Source of the DNA: an uncultured Acidobacteriota bacterium
Lineage (GTDB): Bacteria > Acidobacteriota > Thermoanaerobaculia > UBA5066 > Gp7-AA6
Assembly: GCA_963764715.1 (NCBI GenBank)
Contig: CAVXTP010000022.1
Span: 32,001-96,000, forward strand
DNA length: 64,000 nt
Direction of reading: 5' to 3'
A program made the translations under genes and the position numbers. Under the pieces are notes generated by a model. That model was not told where the DNA came from and ran no database searches. It saw only the letters and a list, made by a program, of their open reading frames with translations. The stretch's first letter is position 1, and every line of letters begins with the position of its first letter. Positions 37,834-50,165 of this stretch are shown piece by piece.

Positions 37834-38883
37834 CTTCAAGCTCTCCATGATGTCCTCGAGCGCCTTCCGGCCCGGCCGCAGGCGCGCGTCGGCCATCGCG
37901 ACGATCGGCTCCTGGCCGACGCCCGAGAGCGTGAGGAAGTCCTTCTTCTCGGGCTCGGCGTAAATCAGGCCCGTCAGGAACTCCTGCTTCTCGTGGGATT
38001 CCTGGCAGAGCGCGAGGGCCTGCCCCTTGTTGGTCGCGTCGTAGTCGGCGCGGAGCTTCTTCAGCCGGATGTGCGAACCGTCGTGCAGCTCGATCTCCTG
38101 CGTCGTGCCGGCGTCGTAGTCGACCGCGATGTCCTCGTAGTAGGGGATGAAGCCGATCTCGTGAATGGGGATCTCGTGGTCCTTGGCCCACTTGTACGAC
38201 TTCGTCGAGCTGTCGTGGTTGTTGAAGGTGACGCAGGGCGAGACGACGTCGAGAAGCGCGGTTCCGCGGTGCGCGAGCGCGCCCTTCAGCAGGGCCACGA
38301 GCTGCTTCATGTCGCCCGAGAACGACCGCGCGACGTATCCGCAGCCGAGCTCGATCGCCATCGCGCAGAGGTCGATCGCGGGCAGGTCGTTGACGACGCC
38401 GGTCTTCAGCTTCGAGCCTTCGTCGGCCGTGGCGGAGAACTGGCCCTTGGTCAGGCCGTAGACGCCGTTGTTCTCGACGATGTAGACCATCGGGACGTTG
38501 CGCCGGAGGAGGTGGACGAACTGGCCGGCGCCGATCGACGCGGTGTCGCCGTCGCCGGAGACGCCGATCGAGTGAAGCGACGGGTTGACCATCATGGCCC
38601 CGGTCGCGATGGCGGGCATCCGCCCGTGGACCGCGTTGAAGCCGTGCCCCCGGTCGGCGAAGTAAGCCGTCGTCTTCGACGAGCAGCCGATGCCCGACAG
38701 CTTGGCGATGCGGTGCGGCGGGATCGACATCTCGTAGATCGCCTGGGTGATCTGCCGGGTGATGACGTCGTGGCCGCAGCCCACGCAGAGCGTGGACTTG
38801 AGGCCGCCGTACTCCTTGGCCGAGAGGCCGATGCGGTTGACGGGAGGCGCCTTGGGCTCGGGCGTGCTCGTGGCGGAGGACAT
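37831..38883 (-). CDS. korB: 2-oxoacid:ferredoxin oxidoreductase beta subunit
   Basis: LCVGCG, SGIGCS, HGR, GDGD..NNGVYGLTKGQ TPP motif, SPCVTFN. Confidence 0.93.
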   Translation of the reverse strand: MSSATSTPEPKAPPVNRIGLSAKEYGGLKSTLCVGCGHDVITRQITQAIYEMSIPPHRIAKLSGIGCSSKTTAYFADRGHGFNAVHGRMPAIATGAMMVNPSLHSIGVSGDGDTASIGAGQFVHLLRRNVPMVYIVENNGVYGLTKGQFSATADEGSKLKTGVVNDLPAIDLCAMAIELGCGYVARSFSGDMKQLVALLKGALAHRGTALLDVVSPCVTFNNHDSSTKSYKWAKDHEIPIHEIGFIPYYEDIAVDYDAGTTQEIELHDGSHIRLKKLRADYDATNKGQALALCQESHEKQEFLTGLIYAEPEKKDFLTLSGVGQEPIVAMADARLRPGRKALEDIMESLK

Positions 38884-40733
38884 CAGTTCTTCTCCCCGGC
38901 CTCGATCCCTTCGATCACCGTTTCGGCGTCGAGGGGGAAGCCGTCGTAGTGGCGGATGGAGCGCAGCTTCGCCGCGTCGCCGTGGACCTCGAGGCGCAGG
39001 AGGTCGTACATCTGACCGTCGCGGTTCTGGTCGATGACGTAGACGCGGTCGTGCGCGGCGACGAACGCGGAGGCTTCGGCCGTGAAGGGCAGGGCGCGCA
39101 GGCGCAGGTAGTCGGTCGGGATGCCCTTGCGGGCCAGCAGGACCCTCGCCTCCTCGACGGCGAAATCCGACGAGCCGTAGGCGATGACCCCCACCCGGCT
39201 TCCCGAGCCGGTCGAAACGACCGGCTTGGGCACGTAGGCCTTCGCGGTCTCGAACTTGCGCGCCAGGCGGTCCATGTTGTTCTTGTAGTCGTCCGGCCGC
39301 TCCGTGTAGTTGGCCCGCTCGTTGTGCCCCGAGCCGCGCGTGAAGTACGCGGCGCCCGGGATGTCGAGGAAGCCCGGGAGCGTGCGGTAGGGCACGCCGT
39401 CCCCGTCGACGTCGCGGTATCGGGCGAACTCCTTGAACCGCGCGACGTGGGCTTCGAACTCCGCCTTCGTGCGGAGGATCTTGCCGCGGTCGAGCGTCTT
39501 GTCGGGGTAGGGGAACGGGTCGGCCATCCAGTTGTTCATCCCGAGGTCGAGGTCGGTCATCAGGAAGACCGGCGTCTGAAAGCGCTCGGCGAGGTCGAAC
39601 GCGTCCATCGCCATCGTGTAGCACTCCTCGACGGAGGAGGGGAGCAGCAGGATGTGCCGGGCGTCGCCGTGCCCGAGGTAGTAGGTCGAGGTGATGTCGC
39701 CCTGCATCGTCCGGGTCGGCAGGCCCGTGGACGGCCCGACGCGCTGGACGTCGATGATGACGGCCGGCACCTCGGCGTAGTAGCCGAGGCCCGTGAACTC
39801 GGACATCAGGGAGATGCCCGGGCCCGAGGTCGTCGTCATGGCGCGCGCGCCCGCCCAGCCGGCGCCGAGCACCATCCCGAGGGCCGCGAGCTCGTCCTCG
39901 GCCTGCACGACGGCGAAGGTCGACTCGCCCGTGTCGGGATCGATGCGGTGCTTGCCGGCGTAGTCGATGAGGGCCTCGGCGAGGGAGGAGGAGGGCGTGA
40001 TCGGGTACCACGCCAGGAACTGGACGCCTCCCATCATGCAGCCGATCGCGGAGGCCGCGTTGCCCTCGATGATGATCTTGCCGGCGGTGGCGTTCATCCG
40101 CTCGAGCCGGAAGGGGTCCTTCTTCGCCAGGTTCTTCCCGGCCCACTCGAACCCGCCGCGGATCGCCTTCATGTTGATCTCGACCGCGGCCGCCTTACTC
40201 TTGAACTGCTTGGCGACGGCCTTCTCGATCTCGGCCATGTCGACGTCGAGGAGCCACGCGGCGACCCCGACGTAGATCATGTTGATCGCCAGGCGGCGCA
40301 GCTTTCCGTCGTGCACGAGCTCGAGGACGAGCTTCTGAAACGGCACGGGGTAGAAGTGGACGTCGGTGCGGAGGGTGTCGAGCTTGAGGCTCTCCTCGTA
40401 GATGACGGCCGCGCCCGGCGCCACCGTGCGGACGTCCTCGTGGGCGGTCTCGGGATTCATGCAGATCAGCACGCCGACGTCGCGCCGGCGGGCGATGAAC
40501 CCTTCCTTGGAGGCGCGGATCGTGAACCAGGTCGGCAGGCCCTGGATGTTGGAGGGGAAGAGGTTCTTGCCCGAGACGGGAATCCCCATCTGGAAGATGG
40601 CCCGCATCAGGATGCTGTTCGAAGACTGGCTGCCGGAGCCGTTGGCTGTGGCGACGTGGATCGAAAAATCGTTCACGACGGGCGGACGGCTCGGAGCGTC
40701 CGCTCGCTTCTCTTCGAGGACCTCGGTGGCCAT
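38883..40733 (-). CDS. korA: 2-oxoacid:acceptor oxidoreductase alpha subunit (gamma-alpha fusion)
   Basis: NGSGSQ, YPITPSS, QAEDE, TSGPG and QRVGPSTGLPT. Confidence 0.93.
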   Translation of the reverse strand: MATEVLEEKRADAPSRPPVVNDFSIHVATANGSGSQSSNSILMRAIFQMGIPVSGKNLFPSNIQGLPTWFTIRASKEGFIARRRDVGVLICMNPETAHEDVRTVAPGAAVIYEESLKLDTLRTDVHFYPVPFQKLVLELVHDGKLRRLAINMIYVGVAAWLLDVDMAEIEKAVAKQFKSKAAAVEINMKAIRGGFEWAGKNLAKKDPFRLERMNATAGKIIIEGNAASAIGCMMGGVQFLAWYPITPSSSLAEALIDYAGKHRIDPDTGESTFAVVQAEDELAALGMVLGAGWAGARAMTTTSGPGISLMSEFTGLGYYAEVPAVIIDVQRVGPSTGLPTRTMQGDITSTYYLGHGDARHILLLPSSVEECYTMAMDAFDLAERFQTPVFLMTDLDLGMNNWMADPFPYPDKTLDRGKILRTKAEFEAHVARFKEFARYRDVDGDGVPYRTLPGFLDIPGAAYFTRGSGHNERANYTERPDDYKNNMDRLARKFETAKAYVPKPVVSTGSGSRVGVIAYGSSDFAVEEARVLLARKGIPTDYLRLRALPFTAEASAFVAAHDRVYVIDQNRDGQMYDLLRLEVHGDAAKLRSIRHYDGFPLDAETVIEGIEAGEKN

Positions 40734-40846
40734 GCTACTCCCTACGTTGACCGCGGGCCGGGCCGCGGGGCGTCGATGATACCAAAGGGTTTGGCGAGTG
40801 GGCCGTGCGCCCGGGCGGATAGAATCCGGCGCCGGGGAGGATCCGC

Positions 40847-42917
<2,071 letters not shown>

Positions 42918-42928
<11 letters not shown>

Positions 42929-44735
42929 CACCGGCCGGCCCCCGCTCCCGGATGTTTTCCTCGTCGAGCAGGCGCTGCCGCGCGGCGAGGACGCCGGAGC
43001 GCCCGAGATAGCCGACGAGGCGCCCCGGGTCCCGTCGGTCGACGACAGGAAGCCGGCCGATCCCGTGCCGGAGCATGCGCTCGACGGCCTCGCGGATCAG
43101 GTCGTCTTCGTAGGCCACGATCGGGTTGCGGGCTCCGGCGTCGAGGACGCCGACCCCTCCGCCGGGATAAGCCTCGAGGGCGTTCATGAGGTCGCTCCGG
43201 GTGATGATGCCCACGAGGCGGCCGTGCGCGTCGACGATCGGCGTGCCCTGGCGCCGGGCGAGCTCGGGCTCGCGCCGCAGGCGCTCCGAGAGCTCGCGGA
43301 CGCTCGTGGCGGTCGAGATCGTCGGCACGTCCCGCTCCATGACCTCGCCGACGCGATGGATGTCGAACGGATCGACCGTGTACTCGCGGAAGACGTGGTG
43401 CCCGCGGCGCGCCACCTTCTCCGTGAGGATCGAGCGCCGCAGAAGGAGGACCGTCACGGCGTGGGCGCACACGCAGGCCGCGAGCAACGCCGGCAGCAGG
43501 TTCCAGTCGCGGGTCAGCTCCGCCGTGAACATTATCGCGGTCAGGGGTGACCGCATGGTTCCCCCCATCATCGCGGCCATCGCGAGCGTGGCCCACAGGC
43601 CGGCGTCGCCGCCCGGCAGGATGCCCGAGGCCACCGCGCCGAGCGCCCCGCCCATCATGAGAAGGGGAGCGAGGACGCCGCCGGACGTCCCCGAGCCCAG
43701 AGCGACGGCCCAGACGAGGCCCTTCGTCACGGCGAGGTTCGCGGCTTCCGGAGGCGCGAGCCGGCCCTCGAGCAACCCGTGGATCGAGTCGTAGCCGACG
43801 CCGAGGACCCGTGGGTTCCAGAGACCGCCGAGGCCGACCCCGAGGCCGCCGATCGCCGGCCACCACATCCAGTGGACCGGAAGGCGGGCGAAAAGGTCTT
43901 CGAACGCGTACACGAGGGTGGTCAGCAGCCCGGACGCGAGCCCCGCCGCGACGCCGAGCAGGGCGGCGAAGACGAGGACCGGGGCCCCCGGCATCGCGTG
44001 CGGCGGGACCGGGAAGACGGGTCCCGGTCCGAGCAGCGGGACGCGCGCCGCCGAGGCCACGACCGCGGCGAGGGCCACCGGAATGAAGCTCCGCGGCTTC
44101 CACTCGAAGAGCAGGAGCTCGACGGCGAGGATCGAGGCGGCGACCGGCGAAGCGAAGATGGCGGACATCCCGGCGGCGGCGCCCGCGACGAGAAGCGTCT
44201 TGCGCTCGGCCGACGAGAGGTGGAAGAGCTGGGCGAAGAGCGAGCCGAATGCGCCGCCCGTCATGATGATCGGGCCTTCGGCGCCGAAGGGCCCTCCCGT
44301 CCCGATCGAGACGGCCGAGGAGACGGGCTTCAACACGGCCACCTTCGCGTCGAGACGGCTCCGGCCGAGGAGGATCGCCTCGATGGCCTCCGGGATCCCG
44401 TGGCCCCGGATCTTGTCGGAGCCCCATCGGGCCATGGCGCCGATCACGAGGCCGCCGACGACGGGAACGGCAACCGTCCAGGGCGCCAGGCGGCCGGCGC
44501 CGGGGGAGACGAACTCCGAGGACCACCGGCCGAAGTACGCGAGGTTCGTGATGACGGCGATCAGCCAGACGAGGGCCCAGGCCACGGCGGCCGCGATGGC
44601 GCCGATCGCCAGGGCCATCGCCGAGAGAAGGAGGACCCGACGGTCGGTCGTGTAGTCCGCGAGCCGGTCCGCAGGGCGGCCCCCCGCGCGCGGGGTCTCG
44701 GGGCGGACGGCCGCCGGGAGGGACGAAGCGCTCAC
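42918..44735 (-). CDS. ClC chloride channel protein with CBS domains
   Basis: GHGIP, GAEGP and GGVLAP motifs; two C-terminal CBS domains. Confidence 0.92.
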
Positions 44736-44795
44736 CCCGCGATTCTATCGTACTGCGATATGTTGACGGACGACGCGGACGCGGGGGATCGGCGG

Positions 44796-46313
44796 CTAGT
44801 CCGCCGGGACGCACCGGCCCGTCGCCCAGGCTCGCAGGGCGTCGATCGACTCGGCGCGGACGACGGAAAGGGGCCGGGTCGAGCGCAGGGCCGTGATCAC
44901 GGCCGCGGTGTCGAGCGAGAACCGGCCGGCGCGGGCGTCGTAGAGCGCCGAGACGACGGCCTGCTCGATCTCGGCCCCGGAGAAGCCGTCGGCGGCGGCG
45001 GCGAGGCCCGTCAGGTCGAAGCGCGCGGGGTCCTCCCCGCGGCGGGAGAGGTGCAGGCGGAAGATCTCCTGGCGGGCGCTCGCGTCCGGCAGGTCGACGA
45101 AGAAGACCTCGTCGACGCGGCCCTTGCGCATGAACTCGGGGGGCAGCTCGGTGACCGAGTTGGCCGTCGCGACGAGGAAGACGCGGGCCGTGCGCTCCTG
45201 CATCCACGTCAGCAGGGTGCCGACGAGGCGCTTGGAGACGCCGCCGTCGGACTCCGAGTTGCGCGCCGAGACGAACGCCTTCTCGATCTCGTCGATCCAC
45301 AGGACGCAAGGCGACATCCGCTCGACCCGGCGCAGGGCGTCGCGGAGGTTGCGCTCGGATTCTCCGATGTAGGGCGCCAGCAGCTTCCCGGCGTCGAGCG
45401 AGAGGAGCGGCAGCCCCCAGGTCGAGGCGATGGCCTTGGCCGCGATGCTCTTGCCGCAGCCCTGGACGCCGAGCAGCAGGATCCCCTTGGGCGGATCGAG
45501 CGGCCGGTCGCCGGCGTCCGGGAGAAACCCGACGCGGCGCGTGGCGATCCACTTCTTGAGCTTTTCGAGGCCGCCGAGCTGGTCGAGCCCCTCCGGCGCC
45601 GGGATGAACTCGAGAAGCCCACCGCCTTCGACGAGGCCCTTCTTGGTCTCCCGGATGCGGGGCCGGTCCGCGACCGTCAGGGCGTTGTCCTCGACGATCG
45701 CCCGCGCCAGGGCGCGCTCGGCCTCGAACACCGTGAGGCCCTGCAGGTCGGTCACGATGCCCTCGGCCTCGGCGGGGGTCAGCGAGACGTGGACGGCCGG
45801 GCTTTCCCGCGTCGTCCGCCGGATGACCTTCTGGAGCAGCTCCCGCAGTTCCTGAGGGCCCGGCAGTGCGAACTCGAACCGGACCTGCAGGTCCTCGAGC
45901 TCGGGTTTCGAGGGCATCGTGGGACCGACGAGGACGAGGGTCCGGGCCGACCCGGCGAAGTCCTGGGCGGTCTCGCGGAGCAGCCGGAGCGTGGCCGCCG
46001 CCTCCAGATGCGGCATCGGGTCCTTCAGCAGCCAGGTCCCGTCTCCCGTGCTTCGCCGGATCAGCCGGAGTGCCCAGGCGAGATCGGTCGACTTGTCCGC
46101 GTCGACCGGATGGATGGGCGCGAGGCCGCTCGCGGCGCTCCAGCTCCAGAACGGGATCGTCAGCGCGCTCGAGACGGCCCGCACCAGCGCCTCGAACCGC
46201 TGTTCCTCGACCGTCTCGCAGACGACGAGGGGATGCCGCGAGCGCAGCAGGAGGCCGAGGTCCCTGGCCGTGACGTCCAAACTGGCGCTTAGTGTAGCGA
46301 AGGCCGCCGGCAT
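44796..46313 (-). CDS. Ycf46-like AAA+ ATPase (start may be TTG near 46283)
   Basis: GVQGCGKS Walker A, LWIDEIEK Walker B, ATAN, RKGRVDE. Confidence 0.88.
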   Translation of the reverse strand: MPAAFATLSASLDVTARDLGLLLRSRHPLVVCETVEEQRFEALVRAVSSALTIPFWSWSAASGLAPIHPVDADKSTDLAWALRLIRRSTGDGTWLLKDPMPHLEAAATLRLLRETAQDFAGSARTLVLVGPTMPSKPELEDLQVRFEFALPGPQELRELLQKVIRRTTRESPAVHVSLTPAEAEGIVTDLQGLTVFEAERALARAIVEDNALTVADRPRIRETKKGLVEGGGLLEFIPAPEGLDQLGGLEKLKKWIATRRVGFLPDAGDRPLDPPKGILLLGVQGCGKSIAAKAIASTWGLPLLSLDAGKLLAPYIGESERNLRDALRRVERMSPCVLWIDEIEKAFVSARNSESDGGVSKRLVGTLLTWMQERTARVFLVATANSVTELPPEFMRKGRVDEVFFVDLPDASARQEIFRLHLSRRGEDPARFDLTGLAAAADGFSGAEIEQAVVSALYDARAGRFSLDTAAVITALRSTRPLSVVRAESIDALRAWATGRCVPAD

Positions 46314-46324
46314 AGACTGCGCGG

Positions 46325-47080
46325 GTGCCGCCGCTGCGGGTGGTTTCTCTCTGCCCGTCGATCACCGAGACGCTCGTCTCGATCGGCGGGCTCAAGTCGC
46401 TCGCGGCCGTGACCCGCTACTGCACCCGCCCGAAGGGCCTGCTGTGGGGCGTTCCGCGGATCGGCGGAACCAAGAGCCCCGACATCGGCCGCATCCTCGA
46501 TCTCAAGCCCGACCTCGTCTTCGCCAACGCCGAAGAAAACCGGCTCGAGGACGTGGAGGCGCTGCGCGCCGCGGGCATCGAGGTGGACGTCACGCTTCCC
46601 AAGACCGTGGACGAGGTGCCCCGCGCGATCCGGCATTGGGGCGAGCGCCTTGGGACGAGCGACCAGGCCGAGCCGCTCGCCCGGCGCGTCGAGGCGGCGA
46701 TGGCGGAGCTCGAGTCGGGTCCCGCGAAGAAGCCCTTCCGCTACGCCTACTGGATCTGGAAGGACCCGTGGATGACGATCTCCGACGACACGTACGTCGC
46801 CGATCTCCTGCGGCTCGCCGGCGGAGTCAACGTCTACGGAGACTCGGCGCTTCGCTATCCGACGACCCACGCGTCGGAAGCCCTCGGCCGGGAGCCCGAG
46901 GTCCACATTTTTCCGAGCGAGCCCTACCCGTTCTCGGAAGAGAAGCACGGAGCGCTCGCCGAAAAGCTCTTCGGCGCGCACACCAGGAGAATCTTCGTCG
47001 AGGGGGACGACTACTGCTGGCATGGGGTCCGAACGATCGAGGGGCTGAAGGCCGTCAGATCCCTAATGGAATTAGTTTAA
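46325..47080 (+). CDS. Helical-backbone metal receptor (BtuF-like substrate-binding protein)
   Basis: RVVSLCPSITE, IGGTK, LKPDLV..N.EEN and SEPYPF. Confidence 0.82.
   Translation: MPPLRVVSLCPSITETLVSIGGLKSLAAVTRYCTRPKGLLWGVPRIGGTKSPDIGRILDLKPDLVFANAEENRLEDVEALRAAGIEVDVTLPKTVDEVPRAIRHWGERLGTSDQAEPLARRVEAAMAELESGPAKKPFRYAYWIWKDPWMTISDDTYVADLLRLAGGVNVYGDSALRYPTTHASEALGREPEVHIFPSEPYPFSEEKHGALAEKLFGAHTRRIFVEGDDYCWHGVRTIEGLKAVRSLMELV
47062..47076. promoter_or_regulatory. Fourth CCTAAT-N3-ATTAGG-like box, upstream of the amidohydrolase gene
   Basis: CCTAATGGAATTAGT in a short AT-rich patch; 11 of 12 specified positions match. Confidence 0.45.
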
Positions 47081-47096
47081 TCATAGGAAAAGCCAT

Positions 47097-48404
47097 ATGA
47101 AATTCGGAAGTCTTGGCCTGATGGTGCTCGTGGTTTCGGCCGCCGCCTCCGCCCAGACCCCGCCGCCCGGGGCGATCAAGGTCATCCACGCCGGGACGCT
47201 GATCGACGGGACCACGTCCGCCCCCCGCCGCAACCAGGCGATCGTCGTCGTAGACGAGCGGATCGAGCGCGTCCTGTCCTGGAGCCCCGCCGCGGTCCCC
47301 GCCGGGGCCGCCGTCATCGACCTCTCCGGCGCCACCGTGCTCCCGGGCATGATCGACGCTCACACCCACCTCCTCCTCGATCCGAAGGAGGACAACTACG
47401 ACATGAACATTCTCCGCGAGAGCGTGGCGTTCCGGTCGGCCCGCGCCACCGCGCTCGCGGGCCGGATGCTCGAGCAGGGCTTCACGACGGTTCGCGACGT
47501 CGAGACCGAGGGCGCCGGGTATGCCGACGTCGGCCTCAAGCAGGCGATCGAGAAGGGTTACGTCGCGGGCCCGCGCATGGTCGTGTGCACGCGGGCGATC
47601 TCCTCGACCGGCGGGTACTCTCTCGACGGTTACTCGCCGGACCTCGATCTGCCCAAGGGAGCGCAGCTCGTGGACGGCCCGGTCGAGGCCCGCAAGGCCG
47701 CGCGCGAGCAGCTCGCGAACGGCGCCGACTGGATCAAGGTCTACATGAACCACCGCTCCTGGGTCGACGCGAAGGGCAACCTCGTCTCCCAGCCGACGCT
47801 GACGGCCGAGGAGCTCGCCGCGATCCTCGACGAGGCGCACGGATGGGGCCGCAAGGTCGCCTGTCACGCCTACAACGGCATCGGCATGCGCCGGGCGCTC
47901 GACGGGCGCTGCGACTCGATCGAGCACGGCCTCGACCTGACCGACGAGGACGTGGCCCAGATGGTCCGGCAGGGCACCTGGCTCTGCCCGACGATGATGC
48001 CGTACTTCTACGAGTGGGCGCCGGAAGGCACGCCGGCCGGGGCGAAGGACCGCAAGCGCGCCGAGGTGCACGGCCCCTCGCTCCAGAAGGCCGTGAAGGC
48101 CGGGGTCAAGATCGCCTTCGGCACCGACGCCGGAAGTTTTTCCTGGGACGAGCCCCTCGCCCGGGAGTTCGCCCTCATGGTCGGAGGCGGAATGACGCCG
48201 ATGGCCGCGATCCAGTCGGCGACCTCGCGCGCCGCCGAGATGCTCGGGATGGCCGGACAGGTCGGCGTCGTCGCACCGGGCGCGTGGGCCGACATCGTCG
48301 CCGTCGACGGGGACCCGATCGCGGACGTGAAGGCCCTCGAGCGCGTTTCGTTCGTGATGAAGGGGGGAGCGGTCTACCGGGGGCCGGGGAAAGTCTGCAG
48401 GTAG
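47097..48404 (+). CDS. Secreted metal-dependent amidohydrolase (Xaa-Pro dipeptidase-like)
   Basis: PGMIDAHTH, IKVY, ACHA, SIEHG and FGTDAG. Confidence 0.9.
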   Translation: MKFGSLGLMVLVVSAAASAQTPPPGAIKVIHAGTLIDGTTSAPRRNQAIVVVDERIERVLSWSPAAVPAGAAVIDLSGATVLPGMIDAHTHLLLDPKEDNYDMNILRESVAFRSARATALAGRMLEQGFTTVRDVETEGAGYADVGLKQAIEKGYVAGPRMVVCTRAISSTGGYSLDGYSPDLDLPKGAQLVDGPVEARKAAREQLANGADWIKVYMNHRSWVDAKGNLVSQPTLTAEELAAILDEAHGWGRKVACHAYNGIGMRRALDGRCDSIEHGLDLTDEDVAQMVRQGTWLCPTMMPYFYEWAPEGTPAGAKDRKRAEVHGPSLQKAVKAGVKIAFGTDAGSFSWDEPLAREFALMVGGGMTPMAAIQSATSRAAEMLGMAGQVGVVAPGAWADIVAVDGDPIADVKALERVSFVMKGGAVYRGPGKVCR

Positions 48405-48417
48405 CCCGGCGCGGCGC

Positions 48418-49017
48418 CTAGACGGGGCGGCGGTTCAGCAGGTCGAGGAACTCCTCGCGCACCGACTGGGTGTTGAAGATCCCCCGGATCGCCGACGTGA
48501 CCGTCAGCGCGCCCGGTTTTTTGATGCCGCGCATCTCGACGCAGAGGTGCCGCGCCTCGACGACGACCATCACGCCCTGCGGATCGAGCTTGTCGGCCAT
48601 GAAGCCCGCGATCTGCTCGGTCAGCCGCTCCTGGAGCTGCGGCCGGCGGGCGTAGAACTCGAGGATCCGGGCCATCTTGGAGAGCCCGACGATCGACTGG
48701 TTGGGGATGTACGCCACGTGGGCGTGGCCGTAGAACGGCACGAAGTGGTGGGAGCACAGCGAATAGAACGGGATGTCCTTCTCCATCACCATCGACGTGT
48801 AGCCCTCGTCGTTGGGGAAGAAGGTGACCTTCGGCTCCGCGCCCTCGGTGAGGCCCTCGAAGAGCTCGAGGTACATCTTGGCGACGCGCTCGGGGGTCTC
48901 GACGAGGTTGGGGTCCGCGAGGTCGAGCCCCAGCAGCTCGATGATCTTCCGGAAGTGCGACGCGATCTCGCGGATCCGGCCCGTGTCGGCCAGGGTCGGA
49001 ACTCCGAGGTCGCTCAT
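48418..49017 (-). CDS. folE: GTP cyclohydrolase I
   Basis: ETPERVAKM, SLCSHH, GLSK, RPQLQE and HLC..MRG. Confidence 0.96.
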   Translation of the reverse strand: MSDLGVPTLADTGRIREIASHFRKIIELLGLDLADPNLVETPERVAKMYLELFEGLTEGAEPKVTFFPNDEGYTSMVMEKDIPFYSLCSHHFVPFYGHAHVAYIPNQSIVGLSKMARILEFYARRPQLQERLTEQIAGFMADKLDPQGVMVVVEARHLCVEMRGIKKPGALTVTSAIRGIFNTQSVREEFLDLLNRRPV

Positions 49018-49160
49018 CGCGCCGCGATTCTCGGTCCGGATCTCGCGCCGGCCCCGGTCTGTCGAGGTTTCCGGGCCATCGGGAGTCTCCTTCGTCCTCG
49101 TTGGGCCGGCCGTCCCGGCCGCGGGAGCGGGGATTCTATACGAGGTAGGATGCGTCCCCC

Positions 49161-49979
49161 ATGAGGCTCGACCTTCACAGCCACTCGACCGTCTCGGACG
49201 GTCTCGACTCCCCGGCCGCCCTCGTCGGCCGGATGGCGGAGGCCGGCCTCACGGCCTTCGCCCTGACGGACCACGACACGCTGCAGGGGCTTCCCGAGGC
49301 CCGCGCGGAGGCCGCGCGGCGCGGCATCGAGCTCATCGCGGGAGCGGAGATCTCGTCCGAGTGGGGCGGGCAGGACGACATCCACATCCTGGCCCTCTTC
49401 GTGGACGAGGGCAACGCCGCGTTCCAGGCGCAGCTCGCGGCGCGCCAGGAGGAGCGGCGCACGCGCGGCGAGCGGATGGCGAAGAAGCTCGTCGAGCACG
49501 GCTACGCGATCGATCTCGACGCGATCCGGGACGACGTCGGGGACGGCGTCTGGGGCCGGCCGCACCTCGCCCGGGCGCTCATCCGCGCCGGCTACGCCGG
49601 GTCCAACGACGAGGCCTTCGACCGGTTCCTGGGGCGCGAGCATCCCTGGTACGTCGCCTACGACAAGTGGAAGGCGGCCGACGTCGTCCGCGCCATCCGG
49701 GCGGCCGGCGGGGTCTCCTCGCTCGCGCACGCGGTCTGGTACAAGGACACGGACGCTCTCGTGCGGGCGCTCGCGGCCGAAGGCCTCGACGCGATCGAGG
49801 TCTTCCATCCCGATCACGGCCCCGACGAGGAGCGGCTCCTCGCGGCGCTCGCCGGAGAGCTTCGGCTCGCGACGACGGCGGGCAGCGACTTTCACGGCAC
49901 GCCCGAGGGGCGCAAGCGCCCGGGCGGCGTCGTCGGCGACGCGGCGATGCTCGCGACGCTGCGCGCGCGCCGGCCGTAG
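49161..49979 (+). CDS. PHP-domain phosphoesterase (TrpH/YciV-like)
   Basis: DLHSHS..SDG, LTDHD, GRPH, LAH and GSDFHG. Confidence 0.9.
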   Translation: MRLDLHSHSTVSDGLDSPAALVGRMAEAGLTAFALTDHDTLQGLPEARAEAARRGIELIAGAEISSEWGGQDDIHILALFVDEGNAAFQAQLAARQEERRTRGERMAKKLVEHGYAIDLDAIRDDVGDGVWGRPHLARALIRAGYAGSNDEAFDRFLGREHPWYVAYDKWKAADVVRAIRAAGGVSSLAHAVWYKDTDALVRALAAEGLDAIEVFHPDHGPDEERLLAALAGELRLATTAGSDFHGTPEGRKRPGGVVGDAAMLATLRARRP

Positions 49980-50149
49980 TTTCCGCACGGACATCATCTG
50001 TCCGGCCCCCCGCCGCCCAATGAGGCTGCGGAAAAGCTCGCGATTGCGGAAAAGAAATTTTTTTCGCCGTCGTCGCGCCTCGCCGCGGGAGAAACGCGCA
50101 TGCGGAAATCCTGGAGCCGATTGACAGCGCTCGACGGCGGAACCAGAAT
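49979..50149. promoter_or_regulatory. dnaB upstream region: four TGCGGAAA boxes and a sigma70 promoter
   Basis: TTTCCGCA at 49980; TGCGGAAA at 50027, 50045 and 50101; TTGACA(50121)-17 nt-CAGAAT(50144). Confidence 0.55.
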
Positions 50150-50165
50150 CGCCGCCACCTCCGCG

